IMG/VR virus record: IMGVR_UViG_3300034066_002051
From: an uncultured virus (IMG/VR IMGVR_UViG_3300034066_002051)
Taxonomy: Duplodnaviria > Heunggongvirae > Uroviricota > Caudoviricetes
Strand: one strand, 5' to 3'
Length of the DNA stretch: 20,000 nucleotides
The position numbers were made by a program, and so were the translations under genes. The notes under the pieces are model-generated. The model was not told where the DNA came from and did no database searches. It saw only the letters and a list, made by a program, of their open reading frames with translations. Positions 13,075 through 20,000 of the stretch are shown in pieces (the first letter of the stretch is position 1; every line of letters begins with the position of its first letter).

Positions 13075-14363
13075 GACATAATTTTCTCCATGAGATTAGG
13101 GACAATGCTCGCTGATGAAAAATACTTCATCATAAAATCAGAAGACTTCTTGCGATATTCGGTATACTTGTTGTCATCTTCCCAAATTTCTTCGAGCATA
13201 TCTACAAACTTTTCTGGCTCAAGCACTTGAGGACCACCCTTGGCTAGAGCTCTACCATCATCATCAATAGAGATAAACGTGTCAGTCTGACTCAGTAGGG
13301 TGTTTGTATTAGGTATAGTGACATTATCTAAGAAATGGCGGTGGTAGATAGGAACTGAGAGTAGAGCAGCTTCGATACCCTGGTATTCGATAAATGTGTT
13401 TCCATAGCAGAGTTTATTATGCTCAAAAGTTCTTGGTTGAGTAGCAAAAGCTGACTCGGCAATTCTCTTCAGGCCACGATGATAGTCATAAGAACCAATT
13501 ACGTACATAAATTGAGGATCTTGGCCGACTTCATCGAGCCAATCCATAAGTTGACTATTTATTTTTGAGTTGGAGAATGGAGAAGGACCTTTGATAGGCT
13601 TGATAAAGTCAGTGGATTTGAACCAATCAAGCACTCCTTCATAGTTTTTAAGTTGAGTATAACCGGCGATCGAACGCTCAAAGCCGATCATCTCAGCGAT
13701 AAACCCTTTATCCGCGAGGAGTTTTTGCAGATTGAGGATCAGTGATCCACGTTTCCATGCGACTGCTCTACTGGCATGGATGACCCGTTTTTTGCGGGTA
13801 TCCTTCTCAAGATTGATCAAATGCTGGATGAATGGGACATGGAAAAAGATATCAATCTTCTCCATCGGAGGAATAATTGCATTTTGCTTCTCCATCCACT
13901 CAATAAACCCCGAGTTTGTTTTATTTAGTGAGTGCGCCATGACTTTATCGCACGATTCGATCGCGTTTTTAAAATCTGCGTTTCTTTTAAATGTATGAGC
14001 GTGGTGATCATGATTCACCATTACTTTTTTACGGTCGATTTTTTCAATAATCTCAGAAACATACCCATTTGTAACCGTATCGGGTTCTGATGTGTCTGGG
14101 ACAGAGAAAATAAGAATCACATCGTACCCAGAATTGACTTTATCAACAACTTCTTGCTTATCTTCGTACTTAAAAAACTTAACATCCATATCGGAGGAGG
14201 TATCAGACCTACCAACTTTGGTTTGTAGCGCAAAAATATCACATACTCCACCAACGGAATCATAATACCCCTTCATATGGCGGGAATAGTTACTAACTCC
14301 GCACCCCTCAAGGCCTCGGAGAAGGAGAATTGCTACTTTTGGTAGTTTCGGGGCATTAGACAT
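13071..14363 (-). CDS. agt: DNA alpha-glycosyltransferase, homologue of T4 alpha-glucosyltransferase (GT-B fold, 430 aa)
   Basis: RGLEGCGV, SVP.TS, HDH....RN, D....HS, R...WK, G.ERS and EY..IE match the T4 AGT motifs in order; ATG 14363 lies just after the terminator. Confidence 0.85.
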   Translation of the reverse strand: MSNAPKLPKVAILLLRGLEGCGVSNYSRHMKGYYDSVGGVCDIFALQTKVGRSDTSSDMDVKFFKYEDKQEVVDKVNSGYDVILIFSVPDTSEPDTVTNGYVSEIIEKIDRKKVMVNHDHHAHTFKRNADFKNAIESCDKVMAHSLNKTNSGFIEWMEKQNAIIPPMEKIDIFFHVPFIQHLINLEKDTRKKRVIHASRAVAWKRGSLILNLQKLLADKGFIAEMIGFERSIAGYTQLKNYEGVLDWFKSTDFIKPIKGPSPFSNSKINSQLMDWLDEVGQDPQFMYVIGSYDYHRGLKRIAESAFATQPRTFEHNKLCYGNTFIEYQGIEAALLSVPIYHRHFLDNVTIPNTNTLLSQTDTFISIDDDGRALAKGGPQVLEPEKFVDMLEEIWEDDNKYTEYRKKSSDFMMKYFSSASIVPNLMEKIMS

Positions 14364-14366
14364 AAT

Positions 14367-14402
14367 AAAAAAAAAGGTATAAGCTATTAACACTTATACC
14401 TT
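14367..14402 (-). terminator. Intrinsic terminator after the topoisomerase gene
   Basis: AAGGTATAAG-TGTTAATAG-CTTATACCTT followed by a T-run (9 T in total). Confidence 0.75.
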
Positions 14403-14415
14403 AACCAGTTACTTT

Positions 14416-16317
14416 TTATTTGCTAGGCTTAGGAATGTTCTTCATCCATTCCTTGAGGTCATTCTCAATGCTCTTAATCTTAGCATCTTCCCTCTCTTTC
14501 ATGAAAGAAGTCCAAGAATGCTTACCCCTAGATGGCATTCCCTTCTTAGTAGCCGATTCTTTCATCTTATCGAGTAGGATTTTGCGCTCTGCGCGCCCTT
14601 TACGGGTTAAAAGTTGTTGGGAGTGATTCCAATCTTCTTTAAATTGGTCCCATTCTGCCTTGATGTTGGTCTTTCCGGCCACTTGAGTGAAGAATTTACT
14701 CAACTCAGACCTCTTCATACCGATCCTTTTCCCCTCTTCTTTGATCCGATCCTTCGGACTCGGCATCTTCACCCTACGCGTGCCAGATTGAGTGGTGATT
14801 TTGGCTTTCTCAATACCAATTTCTTGCTTTTCAACCAACATACTCCGGCGTTTATCAGCAAATTCTTTGAAATCGCTGATCTGGGAGATGATATGCCCAT
14901 CCATTTTGGCTGAATTTGTCACGATCTCGGTCAGATTGGCAATTTTTGCCTCAAGATCGGCCTTCTCGCTCTCCAGTTCAAGGCGCTCTACCCCCACCAA
15001 TCGGCTGAGAGGCATGGAGAGGACCGCCTGGACCTGGATATCGCTCAACTTCCAGCGCTTTTTAAGCTTCCCGGCCGCGATCTCCTTGGTCTTCGAACCC
15101 CTAATGAGTTTAATTACCTCATCGATATCCGCCAAGATGGTTAAAAGGCCATCAAGGATGTGGACTCGGGAAGAAAGTTTGTCGCACTCAGCCACATACC
15201 TAGACTTTAGGGCTTCGCATCGTGCCCCGTACCACTCGGCAATGATATCCTTCACCCCGAAGATGGTAGGGAGGCCACTAGAGATGGCCGTGGCATTAAC
15301 GCCAATGCTATCTGCCAGGTTTGTAAAGGCAAGAAGTTGGGAGATTACGGTATTTGCTTCTACTCCGGTCTTTAGGATGACTTGGATTTCAATACCGTCA
15401 CGGGATGAGTGGTCTTGGGCATCGATGACACCCACGATTTTTTCTGATTCGACTGAGTCCTTGAGTTTTTCAAGGAAGCGTTCTGAGCTCCCGCTAGCCA
15501 AAGAGGTAATAATAATAGCATCTCGAGTAGACCGTTTTCCGTGTTGGACTTTTTTTACCTCCCAAGTACCATAAGTCTTGAGAGATCCGCTGCCCTTTTC
15601 AAAAGCATTAAACACTGCCTCATCGTTTAAAATCCGAGCGCCATTGGGCAGATCGGGTCCCTTGATGAAGGAGAATAGGCGCTTAGGAGTAATGCGTGGA
15701 TTTTTAATATATTCAATAGTGCCCTTGATCACCTCGGAAAGGTTATAAGGGACATGATGACAGGCGTAACCTGCTGCGATACCCTGCGCCCCGTTGATAA
15801 GAAGGGCCGGGATAACGGGGACAATCTCAATGACTTCTTTCGTCGAGCCGTCATAGTTATCTCGCCATTGGCAACTATACTTATCTATCTCGGTGATGTA
15901 AAGTCGTTGGGTGAGGGCGCTAGTCTTCACCTCAAGGTATCTTGCAGCTGCCGGAGCGTCTTCAGAAATGGATTGACCGACGCTCGGCCCGGATTGAATA
16001 CTACCTCCAACGTTGCCATGGATGTCAGTAAGAAGATACCGAAAAGAATCAGATTGACCCATATTAATAGCCGTACCAGCGCAGCCGCCTTGCGGGTGGT
16101 ACGAGCCGAGGACATGGCCCTCGAGCCTCGATACTTTCTTGTATTGGCCATCAGGACGAAGATTGAGATCTTTAAGGCCGAGGATAATTCGGCGTTGAGC
16201 GGACTTAAGTCCATCGGTGACAGAGGGTAGAGCCCGGTTGAAGATCGCCACGGAGTAGGTGAGATAACTACTCTGTAACTCTTCTTTTAGGGATACTGGG
16301 ATGATTTCTGTTGACAC
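14416..16317 (-). CDS. Type IIA topoisomerase subunit A (GyrA/ParC-like) lacking the beta-pinwheel CTD
   Basis: RALP...DGLK..QRRI, YHP.G, HGN.G, PAAARY (catalytic Tyr), LLING..GIA.G, GPD.P.G, HIL.GL....ID.VI..IR, Q..A.L.M.L.RL. Confidence 0.93.
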   Translation of the reverse strand: MSTEIIPVSLKEELQSSYLTYSVAIFNRALPSVTDGLKSAQRRIILGLKDLNLRPDGQYKKVSRLEGHVLGSYHPQGGCAGTAINMGQSDSFRYLLTDIHGNVGGSIQSGPSVGQSISEDAPAAARYLEVKTSALTQRLYITEIDKYSCQWRDNYDGSTKEVIEIVPVIPALLINGAQGIAAGYACHHVPYNLSEVIKGTIEYIKNPRITPKRLFSFIKGPDLPNGARILNDEAVFNAFEKGSGSLKTYGTWEVKKVQHGKRSTRDAIIITSLASGSSERFLEKLKDSVESEKIVGVIDAQDHSSRDGIEIQVILKTGVEANTVISQLLAFTNLADSIGVNATAISSGLPTIFGVKDIIAEWYGARCEALKSRYVAECDKLSSRVHILDGLLTILADIDEVIKLIRGSKTKEIAAGKLKKRWKLSDIQVQAVLSMPLSRLVGVERLELESEKADLEAKIANLTEIVTNSAKMDGHIISQISDFKEFADKRRSMLVEKQEIGIEKAKITTQSGTRRVKMPSPKDRIKEEGKRIGMKRSELSKFFTQVAGKTNIKAEWDQFKEDWNHSQQLLTRKGRAERKILLDKMKESATKKGMPSRGKHSWTSFMKEREDAKIKSIENDLKEWMKNIPKPSK

Positions 16318-16336
16318 AGTGATAACTCAAACGTTA

Positions 16337-16705
16337 CTATTTTACTCTGGTACCGAAAGGATTTTCCACTTCTTTTACATTTCTTGACAATAGAAAATAT
16401 CCGATCTCTTGATTGAAATACTCAAGGTAAGTTTCATGCCCATCAAGAAGGAAGTTATTGTAATAGTCTTTTACTATTTCAATTTCTTCTTGCTCATCTT
16501 GCATATCCACAGGATATATAGACTTTAGGCACAGAGTATCCTTATCATGGATTTCAAATATCTCCACGATTTGCCCAAGAACAGGATGTTCAAAGTTTAC
16601 GTTATATGTAGTAGAATCGACTCGTAGAACTTTGTTGATGATATCCGTTCTTTTTAGGAACTCAACCTCGACAAAGACCTCAGGCCATTGCCTTTCTTTT
16701 TTCAT
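16337..16705 (-). CDS. Acidic hypothetical protein (122 aa)
   Basis: Clean ORF, co-oriented with and 19 nt upstream of the topoisomerase gene. Confidence 0.7.
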   Translation of the reverse strand: MKKERQWPEVFVEVEFLKRTDIINKVLRVDSTTYNVNFEHPVLGQIVEIFEIHDKDTLCLKSIYPVDMQDEQEEIEIVKDYYNNFLLDGHETYLEYFNQEIGYFLLSRNVKEVENPFGTRVK

Positions 16706-16767
16706 TATTAACCGTTTAAGATTGGATAATGGCTATACTACCATAAACTGTTTGTTACATTAATCCC

Positions 16768-17034
16768 GTGGTTTTTCAAAAAGAGTCCAAGCCCAAGTCT
16801 ATTAAATATAGAACCATTCGAGTTCGTGAGGAGGTCGCTCTTCAACTCGATGAATGGAGAGATTTATTCGAAGATGCTTCAATGTCAGAAGTAATGTGGC
16901 GGATTTTTGCGTTGGCGCGTAGAGAACTCAGGCGCGTTAGGGATAAGAAACGCAAGGTGAGAGAAAGATTTATTACAGAGGGTAAAAAATCTGAATCAGT
17001 GGTTGACATAGGCCGTGATGGCGAGGTAGAATAA
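16768..17034 (+). CDS. Putative ribbon-helix-helix DNA-binding protein
   Basis: YRTIRVREEV...LDEW......SMSEV.WRI fits the RHH strand-helix-helix pattern; basic tail. Confidence 0.6.
   Translation: MVFQKESKPKSIKYRTIRVREEVALQLDEWRDLFEDASMSEVMWRIFALARRELRRVRDKKRKVRERFITEGKKSESVVDIGRDGEVE
17003..17032 (+). promoter_or_regulatory. Sigma70-type promoter
   Basis: TTGACA (17003-17008), 18 nt, TAGAAT (17027-17032), 25 nt before ATG 17058. Confidence 0.6.
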
Positions 17035-17057
17035 CCAGGTAATCAAGCCACGGAAAA

Positions 17058-17279
17058 ATGGCCCAACAAATCAAAAAACTCTTTCGCTCTAAGCCCTGGG
17101 TAGAATATCAAAATGATGTCTATCGCCAACAGGACCACGTGGGGTACTGTGGAGTTTGCGGAAAAAAGACTCATTATAAATCGGTCTATGCAGTAGAATA
17201 CTGCTGCAGTGAGGAATGCTCTCAAGAGATGTGGTATGAAATCTTTGTGAAGCTCCTCACTGACCGGAAACGTCGATGA
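17058..17279 (+). CDS. Treble-clef zinc-finger protein (CxxC-x15-CSxxC)
   Basis: CGVCGKKTHYKSVYAVEYCCSEEC; ATGA-coupled to the next gene. Confidence 0.7.
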   Translation: MAQQIKKLFRSKPWVEYQNDVYRQQDHVGYCGVCGKKTHYKSVYAVEYCCSEECSQEMWYEIFVKLLTDRKRR

Positions 17280-18508
17280 AAAAGGAAGAATTAGCTCATA
17301 TGCTGGAGTTGGCTCAAGATGAGTCTACTCCAGAAGAAGTTCTTACCGAGCTTTGGCATGGTACTACCTCGGTAAAAATTAGAAAAGCCGTAGCCTCAAA
17401 CCCTAATGCCTCTACTCTTGTTCTAAGAACTGCCTCTAGGCTGTACCTTGAGGAGGTACTTGAGAACCCAGGGTTTCAAATGATTCAGATGTTTGATTCT
17501 GATCCTTGGATAGGAAAAGTATATGAGGCCTACGAAGACCCACATGCTTTCTTTGTCAAGTATGGAAAGTATCAAAGTGTGGGGATTAATGGCGATCTCT
17601 ATAACAGAGCCATTCTTCTTAGCAAAAATCTAACCGCCGAGGCGTTGAATTGTTGCCTTGCATTTGGGTCTAAATCTGCTCTAGACAGAGTTCTTAAGAA
17701 CAAATCTGCATTTAATAACATCCAGCTTATTGCAAAAGAATCTATTCACTGTAAGCAGACTTATTGTTGCTTTGATCTTGAGAGCATCTTGATGCTCTAT
17801 AAGGTTAATGTTATAGGGAAAGAGGACCTGATGCATGTCCTGTCTACAACAGGAATAGCGTCTAGCTCGGCTAAAAAAAGAGTCTATGTAGACTTCTTTA
17901 ATAGGACCATTAAAGAGTTTCTTGAGGCAAAATCACAAGAAGATAAGGAGTATCTCATCAAGTTATTTGCTAGGCTTGTGATGGTTTCCCGTAGTCATAC
18001 CATGCATTGGGTCGATTACTGGAACATGATTAGTTCTGAGAAAATTGATTTTATCGCTAAAACTCTTAAAATAATACAAACAGTTGGTGGAGATAAGTAC
18101 CTCCTCTCAGATCACCGGAGGACCTTTATTAACGTCCTTTGCGGTTATGTTAGAAGTAAATTTAATTGCTCGGAGAGAACTCCCAGTGATTTTGAACAGA
18201 TCTATGAGTTTTTTAACAAATATGATCTGAAGGAGGTGGTTTATGAATTCGGTCCAGTAATGAATCTACGTGTTCAAGAATGGATGAAGGATATCAGTCA
18301 ATGTTCCTTTAACGCCAAGGAGTTTTTTATACGCTCAAAGTCATTTGGGACTTGGGCTACTGTATTAGACTCTGATGATAAATACCGTATCTTCAACGGG
18401 GTTAATAACAAGATCTATGATAAACATGGGATTAGTAGCAAACTTCTCTTTAATTCCTGCTCGGTGAGAAAGATCGTTTCTATTGACGGTTCAACTCATA
18501 TTTATTGA
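17276..18508 (+). CDS. Helical-repeat protein with N-terminal leucine-rich-variant/HEAT-like repeat (410 aa)
   Basis: AQDESTPEEVL.EL......IRKAVASNPNA...L......EEVLENP matches the LRV-type pattern. Confidence 0.75.
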   Translation: MKKEELAHMLELAQDESTPEEVLTELWHGTTSVKIRKAVASNPNASTLVLRTASRLYLEEVLENPGFQMIQMFDSDPWIGKVYEAYEDPHAFFVKYGKYQSVGINGDLYNRAILLSKNLTAEALNCCLAFGSKSALDRVLKNKSAFNNIQLIAKESIHCKQTYCCFDLESILMLYKVNVIGKEDLMHVLSTTGIASSSAKKRVYVDFFNRTIKEFLEAKSQEDKEYLIKLFARLVMVSRSHTMHWVDYWNMISSEKIDFIAKTLKIIQTVGGDKYLLSDHRRTFINVLCGYVRSKFNCSERTPSDFEQIYEFFNKYDLKEVVYEFGPVMNLRVQEWMKDISQCSFNAKEFFIRSKSFGTWATVLDSDDKYRIFNGVNNKIYDKHGISSKLLFNSCSVRKIVSIDGSTHIY

Positions 18509-19565
18509 GTAGTTCTTCAAGTTGGGAGTCGTAATGGCCTGATTGAATGGCGTAAAGTTTAGCCGAGTCTGTTGCATGCTCTTCATCGTACTTTATGGCG
18601 GTGGGGAGCATCTTTTTTGATATAAGCTTTTTGAGGCACGAGATCCCTTGCGGTACCGTTGCTAAAGCCCTTGTTTCAAGCCGTTTTATGAGGTTACTGC
18701 TCTCCTCATCGGAAAGGTGCACAAAACTGCCCGAAACTAGGCCTTTAAAATCAAAGTTAGTTAGTAACTCAGAATCACCCTGGAGTTGCTTTTCTTGGTA
18801 TAGTTTGATAGCTTTTTGATAGCAATTAAATACTGAGAGGGACTTCCTAGCCTCCAAAGCCTGACCTAGTTCCCGCTCGAGGTACATAAGCGCGCCGGCA
18901 ATAGCCCCGGCTCCTAACGTGGAAATATACCTCTTATCAAGTATCTGCTCTATTGTGAGCTTCTCTATGCGACAGAACTGATCCTCCCACTCCTCTAGCA
19001 CTTGGAGTTTCTTAGAGTCCTTGGCTGGCTCACGATTATTTTGATTCCACTTAAACCCATTTAATTGAGCAAACTCTAGGCGATTAGGATAGTCGGTTGG
19101 TAGCTTAACATTCTGCTTACTAACTTTTTTATTAGTAGGTTGCCCAACAACTCCCTCAACGAGGGACTTAATCGCATAGGGGGCGTAGGCATTACCCTGG
19201 AGAGCCTCGGCTACTTTAACGATTTGATTAATCCTGCTCTTTGAGAGTTTGATTTCAGTTATCTCCTGTTTGAGAGACTGGATTTCGAGTTGGGCTTTTA
19301 GATACATAGACTCCATCCTCGCCTCGGCCGCTCTCTGCTCTCTTCTTAGGTCGTATATATTAGCCTCAAGAATGCTCACCTTTTGAATAAAGGCTCCCAT
19401 GGCGATCTTGAGAGAATCGAAATATGTCCTCAGCTCGAGGTCAGTTAATTTTCTCCCATCAAGGGCCCTAAGCGTCGAGACCAGTTGATCCCGGCTTTCT
19501 GGGGATGTTATTTCAGTTAGTTTGTAAGTATCAGATAGCAAAATTAATTCGGAGTCTTTTGCCAT
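18480..19565 (-). CDS. Hypothetical protein with coiled coil (361 aa)
   Basis: Long ORF; heptads ILEANIYDLRREQR...LKQEITEIK; preceded by GTTTAAAGGT at 19594-19585. Confidence 0.8.
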   Translation of the reverse strand: MAKDSELILLSDTYKLTEITSPESRDQLVSTLRALDGRKLTDLELRTYFDSLKIAMGAFIQKVSILEANIYDLRREQRAAEARMESMYLKAQLEIQSLKQEITEIKLSKSRINQIVKVAEALQGNAYAPYAIKSLVEGVVGQPTNKKVSKQNVKLPTDYPNRLEFAQLNGFKWNQNNREPAKDSKKLQVLEEWEDQFCRIEKLTIEQILDKRYISTLGAGAIAGALMYLERELGQALEARKSLSVFNCYQKAIKLYQEKQLQGDSELLTNFDFKGLVSGSFVHLSDEESSNLIKRLETRALATVPQGISCLKKLISKKMLPTAIKYDEEHATDSAKLYAIQSGHYDSQLEELLNKYELNRQ

Positions 19566-19697
19566 ATGAGTTCTAATTCTTCAGACCTTTAAACTGTTAC
19601 AGGTTAGTTGGTAATAGTTTTGCAATTAAAAATTTTGCAATTGTCCACCTCACCAAAGGAAAAAAATTATTAAGCTGTCCATCGAAAAAGCCCTATA

Positions 19698-19985
19698 CCC
19701 CCCCTCACATTTTAAGCTAAAAAAGAATGTGAAGAGGGGGGGTCCCCCATCACACTTGCATTTATCGAGCAGGATTTCCCAGCGAAATACGACCTAGACA
19801 TAGCAAGGGATCTCACACTTGCCCCTAATAAAAATAGGCCATTTTTACCCCCCATCACACTTTTGTTAGCCATCCCCCCTTCACATTTTTTAGCAAAACG
19901 ATGCAGTTTTGTGCACTTTTTAGCCAAAATGTGAGGGGGCCCCCCATGTCAATAAAAGCCAACTTTTGTGACAATTTGTGTGACA
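19698..19985. repeat. Non-coding field of direct and inverted C-run-TCACA(C/T)TT repeats
   Basis: Forward copies near 19698, 19744, 19811, 19848, 19874; inverted copies near 19726 and 19926; further TGTGAC near 19967 and 19979; interspersed TTAGC(C)AA units. Confidence 0.7.
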
Positions 19986-20000
19986 ACAAAACCTAGCCAA

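Noticed and set aside
14792..15574. 260-aa plus-strand ORF and other antisense or nested ORFs in the topoisomerase, psbA, glf, agt, SLH and GlcG genes
   Set aside because: Shadows of well-conserved genes with no recognisable motifs.
16714..16760. NtcA/RpaB-like site or motif variant in the divergent intergenic region
   Set aside because: No complete GTA-N8-TAC or tandem TTACA repeat; GTTTAAGATT is only a partial motif match.
19712..19927. 71-aa ORF in the repeat field
   Set aside because: Low-complexity translation of repeats, TTG start, no ribosome-binding site.
19698..19985. Possible CRISPR array
   Set aside because: Repeats are short, degenerate, irregularly spaced and in both orientations.

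Overview
A gene-dense, AT-rich fragment of a large cyanophage genome, most likely T4-like or a divergent relative; the assignment rests on gene content, and no core capsid or polymerase gene is in the window. Most genes are on the minus strand. The window holds 10 canonical tRNA genes, one tRNA-like element inside a ~290-nt structured spacer, and photosynthesis/metabolism auxiliary genes (psbA, hli, a CP12-tailed protein, a divergent ferredoxin-dependent bilin reductase, a GlcG/HbpS heme-binding protein and a SpeD-like decarboxylase). It also encodes an SLH-domain outer-membrane protein, a tail-fibre-like protein, a GyrA/ParC-like topoisomerase subunit and many small ORFs, several missing from the ORF track. 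The best candidate for a new system is a T4 DNA alpha-glucosyltransferase homologue translationally coupled to UDP-galactopyranose mutase, suggesting furanose-sugar (galactofuranose) DNA hypermodification. Other highlights: a Dam-like protein with both catalytic motifs rewritten and coupled to a SpeD variant; a recurrent G(G/T)TTAAAGAT element that may be a non-T4 late promoter; promoters built into terminator arms; and an iteron-like repeat field at the right end. All family assignments come from motif recognition by eye, not database searches.
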